64,000 nucleotides of DNA from Paecilomyces variotii. Taxonomy: Eukaryota. Below the pieces are notes generated by a model. The model was not told where the DNA came from, made no database searches, and saw nothing but the letters and a program-made list of their open reading frames with translations. The translations under genes and the position numbers were made by a program. Below are positions 38,083-51,241 of this stretch, piece by piece. The DNA lies in the NCBI GenBank assembly GCA_004022145.1, contig RCNU01000007.1. The stretch is one strand, 5' to 3'. Positions within the stretch are counted from its first letter, which is position 1. The number at the start of each line of letters is the position of its first letter.

Positions 38083-40435
38083 TTATGCCTGCTTCCATTT
38101 CTGCCACCGTCGGATTAACCATATACAACCAAACAAGACCCATGGGAATATCATCATGGGGAAGGGTTTTTTGATGGAGACGAATACAAAGGGAGCCGTG
38201 AAAAGAAACAAGCCTATATATGAAAGGCTCCTCCTAGCTGGGTATAAATTCCAAGCGTTGAAGGCAAGAGAGAACAAAAGAATGCAATTGCACACTGTCC
38301 CTGTTGTTTCAAGTTCCCCCCCAGACATAGAGCCTGCAATGCTGAAAAAAATGAACCCTATGTATGCAATGATATAGAGGACACGCCAATATCTCACATA
38401 GCGTGCAGCAGACTGCACGGACCATCTGAAGATGCCGCCAGCGGCGAGTGCCAATGGAAGTGTTAGAATCAGACAACCTAGCATGATTCCAAATTGTTCC
38501 CAGGTCCAGTTCAAGGACCCTGATGTATTCATAGCAGAAATTATCGCTTCTGTGGAGTTACGGGTGTCAGCAGGGAGACCATCTAGCGATGAATTTGTCC
38601 AGGTAGAGAATGCCTGTGGGCCTGGCGAGGTATTTGTATTCATATTCATGCCAAAGAAACTTGTCGTGAAAGACAGAGGCAGGTAAATGGCAGCGAGTAA
38701 CGCAAGAATAAAATCTCGACGGCCTCGAGACAGAGAGAGCTGTTCACGAATCTTCTGCTGCATCTCTTCGATAGCTTTGGAAGTATGAACGAGCTCATCC
38801 TGGAGATACTCAAGATCTGTCCTGAGTATCTCTAGCCGCTGCTCGAAAGATTGGCCTCCGTCCCAGAGCTTTTGCTCTGTTTCTTGCTCACGGATCCAGT
38901 TCTCAAGTGTCTTGAGGACGCTTAAGGCATGCGTAACTGACTCTTCGGCACCGAAGCGGCAGTCTTCGAGATGGACTAGATATCTCATCTTGTTAACGCT
39001 GGGATGCTGGCGGCCCAGAAGTTCCTGAAGTCGTCGTTAGTTGGCCAGCGTAATTATAACTGAAATATGTCCTCATGCTTACCATCTTGCGGAGCTCATC
39101 TGTGCAGCCTTCTAAGAAGGTCCTCGATTCGAATTTCATGACCTGGAATACCGCCAATATCGAGAAGACAATCTCGCTTTGGCATGCGCGACAGTTGACA
39201 AGGGTTGTGCCCTCCGACCGAGCATAGACCTGTGACTCACTACGCATGTAGGAGAAATGATGCAATGCATTCATGGAGCGGAAGAGGATAAAAAGCCTTG
39301 CGCCATTATCTCCGCCAGCGACTGTGTTACTGCTAGATGCGGAAGTCGCGGACGCCGTTCGATTGTCATGTTCAGGTTCTGTTGCAGGGAACAATCTGAT
39401 ATGGGCAAACTCCCTCTCTGGCAGCTTTTTATACTGTTGCCAAATCTCAACGTGCATGTCCGAGACGAAGCTTGGGGCTGTTGAGTGCCAGGTGAGCATT
39501 ATGCGATCATGAAAACCTTGTGCTGGATCCAAATTTCCCACTGGCTTCTCTGGTACCCAGACGATAAAAGATCAGCAAACAAGAATCAACTGCAATAACC
39601 AAAAATATATGACTACGGACTCACTCTGGGAGGGAAGGCTGACTAGCCTTCGTCGACTGCGCTCAATTACGTCGAAATCCTGTCCAACCAGGGGCATCGG
39701 CAAGTCCCACAAGTCGGACACTAGAAAACAAATCATTTGGCTTGGGGCAAAACGCATCCCATCTATATTTCTCCTAATTGTTGCGCTCACTTCGTGCCTG
39801 AAAGTGAAGAACCCGTCGAGTGCCCCCGTGTCTGGCGTAGCGGCAACCGCACTAAACTCATCGACCTTGCTGAGAAACTGCTCTTATGATGGAAGACAAA
39901 TTACTCACACCAACGTGACACCACCTGGTGGACAGTGTTTAATTGAATATGCCAAGTTAGAAAGCATTTCCGAGAAAGAATTACTTGGGTCGGTGACTAG
40001 TATTTCTTCATTCCCTATGCAGAAATCTTAGTCATGTCGTAAAGGAGGATCTGTTTCTAACTCACACTCTGCATCCGTGGAATATGTACTTTGCTCAGTC
40101 CATGAATGAATGGGCGATGGCGTAAATGTCCAGCATCGGAAAATGTCGACGAGTCCCACCGTTGGTCTCTTTTTGAACCGTATGTATTCCCGTAGTAATT
40201 GGCGTAGAATGGGCCGGAAAGAATGGTCATTCGAGCTGGCGTGCCTTTCTATTGCATGTTTGAGTCGTATCTCATTTTCATCCTCGTCTGACGGGCTTCT
40301 GGCTGCACGTAACAATTTCATCCAGCGCCTGACCATTGGCGGTGGGGAAAGGTCACCTTGAGATTCTAAGCTTGGTTGGCGAGGCAGGCTTCTCAGACTG
40401 TATGTATCAGGCTCTAGACTCGAATATAACGCCAT
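38083..40435 (-). CDS. CorA-like membrane protein (GMN motif) with extra C-terminal TM helices
   Basis: Coiled coil, then LAAIYLPLSFTTSFFGMN. Exons are joined by introns including 40015-40065 and ~39027-39082. Confidence 0.75.
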
Positions 40436-42726
40436 TTTTGGTGTGCAACAATATGCAAATTTGCTAAAAGAACGGAAATCGAAATGTCAACAACCCGATT
40501 ATTGGGATAGGGAGAATAAATGAGCCTCATTCCAGAGCCTCAGTCTGCAGCCTCGCTCCACACTGTCCACAGCCTTGTGTACTACGGAGTAGTTCGTGCG
40601 CAGTGGGAGAGCCGCAATTGCTGGCGTTTACAGGTAAAACTAAGACTAACTGAGCAGATTTACCAGAGATCTTCAATCATCGGACGAAATAACGAATCCG
40701 ATTAGCTTTCTTAAAATTAGGCATTAAATAAAGGAGTTGTGTTTATTTCTTTCATTGGATCCTATCCTCCACATTTTCAGCCCCCACGATCATCAGCCTC
40801 TTATCAGAGGGGGTCGTGTATAAGTTTTGCCCCCACACTCTTGCAGATCTCAGGAATATGCCAGCTCACAAAGCGTAGTTACGCCCAGGTGATTTGTCAT
40901 ACCAGCTGTTTGCAGCATGTTCTTTGAGATATAGGCCAGCAAAACAATCCACAAGGGGAATTCTCATCACCGTCAGATCTACCCATGGGGATAAACAGCT
41001 TGCGATCGCCAAAGAATCCAAGCATATGGCAGGTTCAACTTGCGAAGGTATTCTATTATAAAAGGATTAGTCTATTGTATGAGCAATGAGATAAGATATT
41101 CGTCTATTTTAATCACAGTGTTATCATGACTTACAAACTCCTCTGAAACTATAGAAGTATTTCTGATTCCACTCGGTGGTCTACTTGTGACAATTAGTCT
41201 ATGGAAGATTGACTGCCATATATTGTCTGAAATATCGGATATTATGCGTGTATTTGCTTATAACTTTAACTAAGCTTTCACCCAAGTTAATTTGATAAAA
41301 GGCTTATCCATACTTTAAGTTCTTACCCCGCAATACCGATTATGCATAAATCCAGAAAGATTTGGGACGCCCTGTGACCACTGTATATTAATTATTATTG
41401 CTGGCAAGTCCCGTTTTCTATCGTGCTGGTAACCTCTAAAAGACACGATACTTAGTTGATAAATGATATACTACCAAGGGATCTACAGATTCTGACATTC
41501 TAAAGACGGCCATCGGGCGCAATGATAAACGTATGGATACCTTCTATCCTGTTTGCGTCTTTATTAACACTGATAGATGTCTTGTCTATCCTTTTTTGAT
41601 TCGATGCCACCTAGAAGCGATGTGAGTGTGTAGTTATGATCAACTAACTACAATCCTCCGGTATTTATCTTCAAACCTTCTTGATAACAAATGATCAACT
41701 TGGGAATTAAGCACCTAAAAATAGAGCATTATGCTAGTTATTACGAATGCTTATAGAGCTTATTCTCAGCTTTCCGAGGTTCAGCTCGGTAGACTCTAGA
41801 GGAACCTTCGATGGGGCTCTCCGACGCCTTCGCCTTGGCGAGGTCCACATATGAACTATGTAAATCGTTTCAGCTTGCGAGAAGATCGAAGCATTGAACA
41901 GGTTTAAACTAAGATCAGCTGTGGGTATCGAATAGGTAGAACTAGACAGAGACCCGCTAGGATTCAATGCCATATGGTAACTATACATTGAAGCTTGATA
42001 AGACAATTCTACGCTATTCCTAAACTTCACTGTTGGCTGTTTTTAAGTAAACTTGCGGGACTTGCGAGCTAAGCATAGCCCGTACAGCGTGTAGTTGCAC
42101 TGTATTATCTCAGGCTACTGGACTGAACATGATGAAGATGCTTGATTCTTTAAGAGAGGAGCATCTAGCTGTGCGGTGGGCTATGCCCAAACAGGAAGGA
42201 GACAGGTGATTCCAAGGTTCCAACCAAAGGTACGGTACATAGGTACCTAGGTAGGTATCCGCCAGGCTCCATGGTTAAATGCTATTTTGAATCCGAATCT
42301 TACTAGATCAGGCAGACATAGAATCAATTCAAAGATAACCACACCGCCATTCCAGCGGTACTTATGTGGTCCACTGTCAATTTGAATCAAACTACTAACT
42401 AGCACTCCGTAGAGAAGTCCTAAAGCAGTATTCCATTATCAGGGCTCCACAATATCTTGCGTCATAACGTCGGAACTGAACCGATAGGATCCATATACCC
42501 GAGAATATTGATTAGCATCTCTTCCACTTTGATGATTTTGTGTTTTGTGCCAAAAAGAACAGATTCAGATCAAGCATTCTACTCTAAACTTTGATGAAAA
42601 AGTAAAAGTCCACTCGTTAATTGCCAACCATAACCTACACTGGGTGATTACTGGTGCACTGACGAACACGCTTTCCGATATCCAATAACCGGATGCCAAC
42701 TCCAGACCAAAGACGAATAGTCTCCA

Positions 42727-43578
42727 ATGGCCCTATTCAGCGAACACGAAGGCCAACAATGGCCTCAAATCTGCCAACTCCTTCTGGCCGTCGGACTGAC
42801 ATCGCTGATCGGAATCGAGCGCCAACTGCGTCAAAAGGCTGCTGGACTACGCACCAACACGCTCGTCGGAATGGGGTCCGCTCTCTTCATGCTCATGTCC
42901 AAATACGGCTTCACGGACATTTTGGCCCGATACATGATTGTGCTTGACCCGTCGCGAATAGCAGCTCAGATCGTCTCTGGGGTCGGATTTATCGGTGGAG
43001 GGATCATATTCAAGCAAGCTTCGGATGTGAGGGGCCTCACGACGGCGGCGGCGGTGTGGTTGAGTGCCGCGATCGGATCGGCGTGTGGTGCAGGACTGCC
43101 TATACTGGCAGCCATCACGACTGGGTTGTATTTTGTGACGGTGTTAGCTTATCCGTTGGTATGGTACTCGATCGAGAGGGTGAGGAAGCGGAATGCATTG
43201 GTCGAGTCATGTATTACGGTGCGGTATCGTCGATCAGAGATGGGCTTGGAGCCGATTCTGGAGGGAGTGTTGAAAGCCGGCGCGGAGTCGGTCCAGGTTA
43301 GGAGGATCGAAGAGGTGGTAATGTCATCTATACACAGTCCAGTCGTGGGCACGATGGAGAGATTGGAGAGACCAGCAACAAGACAGTCGACGGCTAACAT
43401 GCCTGGAGTCTCGCCGTTGCCACCGCCAATGGAGAGTCAGGGGTATTACAGTCGAATTTTCGATCTGCACATCGTGGTGAGAGGACATGAATCGCCAAAT
43501 GAGCTTATAGTTGGGCTATCGCAGCTGAACTCTGTTGTTGGTGTGTGGATTGAGGGAGATACAGGAGATGAGGTATAG
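42727..43578 (+). CDS. mgtC: MgtC/SapB family membrane protein
   Basis: Intronless. LIGIERQ...AGLRT..LVGMGSALF...DPSRIAAQIVSGVGFIGGGII...VRGLTTAAAVWLSAAIG, followed by an ACT-like C-terminus. Confidence 0.93.
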   Translation: MALFSEHEGQQWPQICQLLLAVGLTSLIGIERQLRQKAAGLRTNTLVGMGSALFMLMSKYGFTDILARYMIVLDPSRIAAQIVSGVGFIGGGIIFKQASDVRGLTTAAAVWLSAAIGSACGAGLPILAAITTGLYFVTVLAYPLVWYSIERVRKRNALVESCITVRYRRSEMGLEPILEGVLKAGAESVQVRRIEEVVMSSIHSPVVGTMERLERPATRQSTANMPGVSPLPPPMESQGYYSRIFDLHIVVRGHESPNELIVGLSQLNSVVGVWIEGDTGDEV

Positions 43579-44210
43579 GAGGATCCTAATTGGACCAAGG
43601 GATACCATATTATTCGATTTAGATGATGCAGAAAAGGGCATCTTACTGGAAACAGGTACTATTAGGAAGTTTTAAACTAGACCAGTGTCCCGATGTGGAA
43701 TATCCTTCATCTACTCATAGGTTCACAAGGCTCATGTGACAAACCAAATAATCCATCGTCTCACTCACGTTTAGTAATCCTTTCTGCGCCTGCAGCAGTT
43801 CTTACAAGAATTTAAGGTTATAGCTGACTCTGGGGATCTCGCCCTAGCCAAACTAGGCAGACAAAGTGGCAAGAATGCAGGCCTGGCTGTTTGGGGCTGG
43901 CTGTTTGTGTAACATCGACGATTGACAAAAGAGACTGGGCTAGCGCGTGTCGATATGACTGGCTCCAAGTCCGTACAACTTTTAGGGATCTGCCGGTGAC
44001 TGATCTCTTTGGACTAAAACAATGTGGTAAAGACATTGAAATCCCGCCAGGATGGATTGGCGCTGTCAGCTTACGGGGCGCTAGATGCAGTCGTCTCTGT
44101 CAGAGTAGTATTGGGACTCTGGCTTTCCTTTCATGTAAAACAGGACTTCAGGACTTTCCCAATTAGGGAACAGCAATATAACCTCATGCGAGACAGAGCT
44201 GAGCCGAAAA

Positions 44211-44220
44211 GATATAAATA
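44211..44220 (+). promoter_or_regulatory. Putative TATA box of the KP4-like gene
   Basis: gatataaata ~115 bp upstream of ATG 44330. Confidence 0.4.
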
Positions 44221-44329
44221 TGGCCCATATTCCCATTGAAAATATAACTTCCCATCCTAATCCTCTCAAACATTCCTCCAGCATACAAGAGACAAACCAC
44301 ATATTACAAAACCAAACCAATTGTCCATC

Positions 44330-44710
44330 ATGCATTACATCCTCAACCTCACCCTCATTACCCTCGGCATCTCCTCTGCCTCAGAAGCTCTAGGCATCAA
44401 CTGCAGAGGCAGCAGCAACTGCGGCGGCACCCTGTGTTCTCTGAGCACGATCTATTCTGCAGTCGAGCAGCTGCCGGACGGAAACTTATACAATCCAGGC
44501 CAGCACATCGCCTGCTGCGGTGATCCGGGCGTCGTTTCTGGACTCTGTGCGTTTACGCAGAACACGGACAAGCAGATCTCTGCCGCTCAAGCCAAGACGC
44601 TCCTTCAGGGACTTATCAATCACGGTTGCCAGAAGTGCGGCAGCAACCCATTCCAGGATAACAATGTTGCTGAGGGGGAACTTACTGTGAACTATGTGTC
44701 TCAGAAGTAG
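44330..44710 (+). CDS. KP4 killer toxin-like secreted protein
   Basis: Signal peptide, then LGINCRGSSNC...HIACC...GLCAF...HGCQKCGSNP...GELTVNYV, the hallmark KP4 pattern. Confidence 0.9.
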   Translation: MHYILNLTLITLGISSASEALGINCRGSSNCGGTLCSLSTIYSAVEQLPDGNLYNPGQHIACCGDPGVVSGLCAFTQNTDKQISAAQAKTLLQGLINHGCQKCGSNPFQDNNVAEGELTVNYVSQK

Positions 44711-45423
44711 ATTGGAAGTGACTGAAAGGCTATCTGGCCTGTGAGATTTGTGGCGATATATTGGCTCCATCTTTCTTGCAACCATGGAGATGGAAGAAGC
44801 CAATGCTGGAACACATGGTGCTGGTACCACATCCTTACATCGAATAAGACAAAAAGGCCTCAATGACTGGAAAAGGTTGATATATCATTATTCACTTCAT
44901 AATGACTTCTAGTACGGATAATGAAATTGTCATCCCTGTCTTAGAACAATATATCAAAGCATTCTTTTCTGAGAGTTCATCAGTAACCAACAATGCAAAA
45001 TGACTTTTGAACGGGATCACTTCCCTTTACGATCCAGAGGAAGTGACTTGGTCGGAGGAACACAACAAATCTAACAAAGATGATGGCTAGCTCCAAAGTG
45101 AAAGGAAGAATTGATGGTCGTCCATTCACTATTTCCTGTTCATTGAAGCCTGCCTGGAAATAAACAAACAATAACCCAGAGTCAGTCATTGTTTCTTCAC
45201 CTTTAAAGACGCCTGTTCTTTTCTCGACTCACTTGCTGCTGCACCCTAGAATTTGGTAACCACCCAAGATTTCGCATCCGAGAGAAACGCCCACTGGCAT
45301 CAAGGAAAGGTGCGTCAGCTTGCGGTAACTAAAGAAGAACACGCTCAGTATCTAACTTCTTGTTCAAAGCTGACGATCAGTTTTCTTGGCTCTCAACAGG
45401 TAGTCCACCTGCAAGACGCCAAA

Positions 45424-47134
45424 ATGAACGGAGACACCGTCTCGAACATGCGCACCCAGCCGTTCATAAACAACAAGGTTCGAAGCCCATAGTTATATGC
45501 ATCCATCTTCAAACACTGCCAAACTAACAAGCATTATCAGTATGTCACCACCAAGTACCACGACAAGCTCAAGATCTACAACCCAACGGACGAAACCCTC
45601 GTTACCGGAGACGTTCAGATCTGCGGCCCAGAAGACGTCAACGACGCTGTGGACGCGGCCAGCGATGCCTTCGAGATCTGGAAGACTTGGACCGGTGCCC
45701 GACGCGCCAAATGTCTCTTGAAGCTGGCCGACCTCCTAGAAGCGAACTGCGAGCGTCTAGCTAAGCTTGAAACCATGGCTATGGGCATGCCGTTTATTGC
45801 TGCCCGTGAGCTCATTCGTACCAAAGTGGCCGAATGGTTCCGGTACTATGCGGGCTGGTGCACCAAATTGGGAGGAGAATACTATCCCGATGATGACGGT
45901 GAAGGTTTCTACAAGCTCGTCACGTATGAACCGATGGGCGTCTGCGCTGCTGTGGCATCGTGGAACGCAACCTTCCTCTATGCTGCGTGGAAGATTGCGC
46001 CTGCTGTGGCTGCAGGAAATACCATCATATTCAAGGCTTCAGAGCGCTCTCCCCTTGGGGCGCTTGCGATGGGCGATCTCATCAAACAAGCAGGTTTCCC
46101 ACCTGGTGTCATCAACATCGTCAGCGGCGGAGAATGGACCGGCTTCCTCCTTGCACAACACAAGTGTATCACCAAGGTCAGCTTCACCGGAAGCCACGGC
46201 AATGGTAAAAGGATCCATGTGGCTGCCACGCACAGCAATATGAAGCGCGTGACTCTCGAACTGGGAGGGAAGAATCCATCTATCGTCTTCGAAGATGCGG
46301 ATTTCGGCAACGCCTTGCATCATAACTCTTATGGATTCCTTCTCAACACTGGCCAGGCCTGCGTCTCTGGATCGAGACTTTTCGTCCATGAAGAGATCGC
46401 AGATGGATTCATCAGGGGTCTCGTAGACTGTTTCAAGGCTTTCACTACCATCATGGGTGATCCTATGGAACCGAACACTTTGCTTGGACCGCTCGTCGAT
46501 AAGAGACACTATGATAAAGTGATGTACTACATTGCAGAGGGGCAGAAGGAGGGCGCGCAGCTGCTGTGTGGAGGAGTCAGGAAAGGCGACAAAGGCTGGT
46601 TCGTCGAGCCGGCTATCCTTCTCAATCCGCCTACGGATAGCTGCGTGTATCGTGATGAGATCTTCGGTCCGGTTCTTGTGGTTCGCACTTTCAAGGATGA
46701 AGAAGAGGTCATCGAGATGGCGAATGATACCATGTATGGACTTTCAGGTAAGAATGATCTGACTGCATCAATATACTGCTATGTTTTCTCAAAGAAACAA
46801 CACACTAACAATTAGTCTCCTAACCTCCAGCGAGCGTCTTCACCAAAGACATCGTGCGTGCCATGCGTATCAGCTCTGAGCTCAAAGCCGGCACTGTGAG
46901 CATTAATAGCGGCACAATGCCCACCATGAGCACTCCATTCGGGGGCTTCAAGCAGAGCGGGTTCGGACGTGAGTCTGGAAAGAATGGACTCATGGAGTAC
47001 CTAGAGCCGAAGACTATCTTGATCGAGTAAGTGTGATTAGTCCAGGGATTCATATGTGCCTCATGGCTTTGGGACAGTCACTGACCTATGCTATCTCTAG
47101 CTGCAAGCCGCCTCCTCCTGAGGATGAAATCTAA
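45424..47134 (+). CDS. NAD(P)+-dependent aldehyde dehydrogenase
   Basis: SWN, KASE, SFTGS, LELGGKNP, GQACVSGSR (catalytic Cys), EIFGPV, PFGGFKQSGFGRE. Confidence 0.93.
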
Positions 47135-47449
47135 TCGAGTCCGCTGTCGCGATCGTGGTTGCGGTATCACTTCTCCTTTGGGGTGTAGTATTTTGAACTA
47201 CTTTGATTGGACCAGGGCTTGATACTACTAGTATTTCCCGTCCATCACCGAGATCGTACTATTGGGGACTGTACCATATCTATTTCAGTGACGGAATCTG
47301 CAGCATGCCGTGATCGCCCTTCATTCACTAAAAGAAGAAAAAAAAAGTTCATTTCTAGCACCACGACCCCAACGCGTAGAGAATATACAGAGGACAACTA
47401 AACCGTCTCCTCGTCATTTTTTTATAACTATCCAGGATTTATTACATGA

Positions 47450-49311
47450 TCAACTCTTCACATCAACCTTTGGATCAGCTTTGAGTTCTTTGCTCTCCGG
47501 CGGAATGACAGCTTCATGCTTCTCGTAGCCTTTGAGGTCTTTGACATCTCCAGGACCGGTAAAATGCTTCCTGCCCGTCGTCAACCAGGTCACGGTACTA
47601 ATCAGTCCAATGACTCCGATAGCAGCAGATGTGTAGTTCATGTTCTCCTTGTCGACAGGAGAGCTTGAGGGAAAGTTGCAGATTGTAGCAGCGAAGAGGA
47701 GGAAGATAAGGCCGATGGTACTAACACCCAGGGAGATGGAAGGTGACAATGCCCAGGGGCCCTGCATAGCGGTAACATGGCCGGTGAAATAGGCCAAGAT
47801 GCGGGAGAATAGAGGCATCGCATAGGAAAGATCTGTTGTTGATAGTCGGTTAGCCAGGTGTCTAGTCTAGATAAGGATGTATTAGGTATAGGCATACAGA
47901 ATCCTTCGGTGGCAATCGAGATGACGGTCTCAAAACCCGTCAGAGTCCCAAAGTAGATGGCATTCAGAGCCATCTGAACTCCCAAGCTGAGAAGGATAGC
48001 ATTGATTGGTGCACCCCGCTTGTCGTTTACTTTGGCAAAGAACCGCGAGAAAGGAAGACCATGGTCACGAGCGAAGGCGAAGACTGAGCGAGAGCCTTCA
48101 GCCAGGAGACTATTCGAGGCGAAAATGACGATGACGTTTATCATGCTGGCAAGAAAGCAGGCCCCGACCTTGCTTTGAGTGGAGTCAAACAATATCTGAA
48201 TAACAGGCACACCAGTACTCGTATCCGCGGTTTCGTTGATGTTCCCGATGCAGAAACACAGAGTGAGGAGGAAACCAAACCCAGTGACAGCTCCTAGAAG
48301 CACGGACAGGATAATGGCCTTGGGCGCTTCTTTGGATGCGTTCTTCATCTCCTCTGTCATGTGTGCAGGGGCATCGTAGCAGCACATGCCGAAGCAGGAT
48401 TGAAGAATACCTACCATGGCCGCCATGCCAGAGCCCCAGCCTGTGAAGTTCTGGAACTCCTGGAACACAAAGGAAGCAGGCTGTTTGTGGTCGTTGGTAG
48501 CCAGAATCGTTATCATCACGATTACAAAGGAACCGACGTTCCAGATTAGGATAAATCGGGAGATGCGGTTGAGAAGATGCGGGCCCCAGATATTGACAGC
48601 CGCAGCCATGAAAGCGATCAAATATGCCACGAGGACTGTGTGCCAGCGTTCGATGGTAAATTGAGGGAACACTAGGTTTGCTTGACCAAGAACAAAGTTG
48701 GCCGCCACGAAGTTATTCGTTGCTCCCATTGCGAGAACACCTGAAGAATCATCAGCACCCGATCTGTTGGAAATCGATAGAGGTAACAATATACATACCA
48801 GTCAACATAAACCAGCCAGCAACGTACGAGAACCCTCGTGCAACTCTTGGAGGAGCCAAGATTGCTACCCAGGAATATTGACCCCCTGCGACCGGCCACA
48901 TCGAACACATCTCCGCCATGGGGAAAGCAACGGCCAGAGTTGCCAAACAGACGGCGATCCAACCATAAACCATCACAGGCGGCCCTCCAGCATTGACACC
49001 GACAGTGAAGACACCACCCAGCGCAGTCCAACTATATAAATGTCAGCGGAGTCGGTTTGAGTAGATGATCTATTGTCAGACGCACGAAGTAACAATACTG
49101 AAACTGAAGCCAATCATGCCCAGGAGACCAAAGGACCGCTTGAGCTCTAAGATCATTATCAACACATCTTCTCCCCAGACGTGAAGTGTTGTTTCCTCCT
49201 ACCTTGCTGGTAACCAAGCTGCTCGAGGCGAACATCTTCTGCTGTCGTTCTAGAGAAGACCTGGGCACCGGTCGCGTGTCCCAGAGAGGCATCTTCTTTG
49301 TGAGTCCCCAT
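47450..49311 (-). CDS. APC-family amino acid/GABA/choline/polyamine permease
   Basis: MAEMCSMWPVAGGQYSW, YDAPAHMTEEMKNA, SRSVFAFARDHGLPFS, NMNYTS. Confidence 0.92.
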
Positions 49312-49965
49312 CGCGAATGAGGAACGAGAGCAACAGCCTACGTGATCGTACAACAGAAAGAATTGGTGATCATGGCGACCATGTTGGCGACGGCGATCAG
49401 GTTTAAATTACCAGCCCTTGCTTCGTGCCCGCTGTGCTGTTCGGAACACCTCGCATTTGCTGATAACGCCGTTTACTCATACCCCGTCAGAATATCAACG
49501 AGTTTATAGATAAAGATAAACCCCGGGCGCCACCGCACTTGAGCTTCCCCTGTTCGAGAAACTCGGCGCGATGCAACCTTCACTTTGAGGCTTGGCTTGT
49601 TCTGTCCGATCGGCGCGATAAGAGATCGAAGGTCAACGGCGAGGCGTCAATGCCCGTAATTCGACGCATTGGCCGTAGCGGATCCGGCAACACAAGCCAC
49701 TTGTCGCCATCTCCGCTCTAGAAGAAGTAGTTATCTAGCATCGATCGTGAAGCATCTGTCATCGGAATCAGTCAATGACTTTCCACATGGCATCCCGCAT
49801 ATACAGGGCTGTTGGTCTGGCCCCCTATTAGCCAACATAATAAACACACCTGATTGGCCAGAAGTTGGCATTGGCCTTCGGTGAACCTGGCGAGTTCTTA
49901 CAATCTATATAACGACACTGAATGCTAATTAACTAATTAACTAACAATAATTATGCAGATTAGCA

Positions 49966-50034
49966 TAGCATCCATGAAAGTGCTTTTTTCCTGTTCATAC
50001 TCAGACCAATATCGTAACTAAATTTCTTTCTAGT
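49966..50034 (+). repeat. ~70-bp direct repeat, left copy
   Basis: tagcatccatgaaagtgcttttttcctgttcatactcagaccaatatcgtaactaaatttctttctagt, matching 54750-54820. Confidence 0.92.
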
Positions 50035-50079
50035 TAACTCATCTTCGCGCAAGATTTAGATAACCTGATAGAGACTCTG

Positions 50080-50561
50080 ACAGGCAGAACAGCGAGTTAA
50101 TGAGGGACGACGTCTCCGTGAATAGGCTGAGGGACAACTTGAAGGAAGCAATCTCCTCAGTCTTCTTGAAGGATACCACGGACTTTTCCTTGCCATCCGT
50201 ATCGAGAAAAATGCGACTCTTATAACACAACGGGATCCTACTAGACGTTTAGTGCCATGGAATGATTTCCAAGGAGCAGTGTGGAGGGCGTTTCACAAAG
50301 AGTCCGACTTCTTATCTCAGCGCCTTTCTCCGTCAAAACACCAGTTGTAACTCAATCCGACATGATATTCAAACGATCAGGTTCGAGATTGACCTTCGAT
50401 TCTTTGAACATGATACGGTGGATAGATTTGTACGATCGATCCTAAATGAGGTGGGCAACAACGACCGACTTCGTCGACAATTCAAGCTACGTGGGAACGT
50501 GATTTTTGAGAGCTATGCCAATATGAGTGATCAGAGTAATGCAGTCAAGTGCAATTCATAA
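50080..50561 (+). pseudogene. Decayed N-terminal part of a Spok-family-like protein
   Basis: Frameshifted pieces LSLLEGYHGLFLAIRIEKNATLITQRDPT / LVPWNDF / EIDLRFFEHDTVDRFVRSIL..F.L.G.V.FE..AN resemble the Spok N-terminal region (recalled from memory, not searched). Confidence 0.45.
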
Positions 50562-50599
50562 ATATGGGGACAGACACTGGTCAACGCGGCACAGAATGA

Positions 50600-50880
50600 C
50601 CTTGATGAACGTACCTACGGAGATGCAGAACCAGCCGGGACGCGAAAGTTCCCCGAGCAATCCAAATATCACCACTATAAAAGAAGTGATCGAAAATGTG
50701 TCAATAGAAGGAATCGCGAAAGTATTTAACGAATACATTTGTGGTACTATCAGACGAGTCCGAGTTCAGGATGACGGGATAATGACCTGGAAAGCTTCTG
50801 AAATGATGATATTCCCTCTTCGAGGACTTGTCGATTGTCTCATGAGTCTAGATGTCTGCGAATGAGGAGTGTAATAGGCT
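50600..50880 (+). pseudogene. Fragment of an unrelated uncharacterised fungal protein
   Basis: SIEGIAKVFNEYICGTIRRV...IFP..GLVDCLMSLDVCE; no clear start, ends at a stop. Confidence 0.35.
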
Positions 50881-51241
50881 TGATGGGTGATGAGGGATAA
50901 AGATTGATTCATAACTGCTTGTACCGTGTAAACGGATAGTTAGCCAATCTTGGACTTGGGCTAGCTACCTAGGTACATCACGAGAGGCCTGGATATGCAG
51001 GCGGGGCTCTCTATAGGTCAAGACCCCTCTTTATCAATCATCCTTGTTGGCGCCCAACAAGGCTGGTAGGCAGCAGCCTTAGTCCAGAAACTGGATATAG
51101 AGACTCAACGAACCCACGACAGCTGACTTTCTTCTCCTGCTTACTACAGAAACAGCATATTACGTGTCCGGCATTGAAGGTATACATCGCATGCTCATCA
51201 ATGGAATTCCTGGCTAAGATCATCAGCGTGGCATAGCAGTT

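Noticed and set aside
40015-40065. Apparent premature TAA (40028-40030) in the CorA-like gene
   Set aside because: It lies in a 51-bp intron (GTGAGT...CTAA...TAG on the minus strand) whose removal restores the frame.
40500-42700. Hidden gene or transposon in the CorA-MgtC intergenic region
   Set aside because: Only short motif-less ORFs; no terminal repeats seen.
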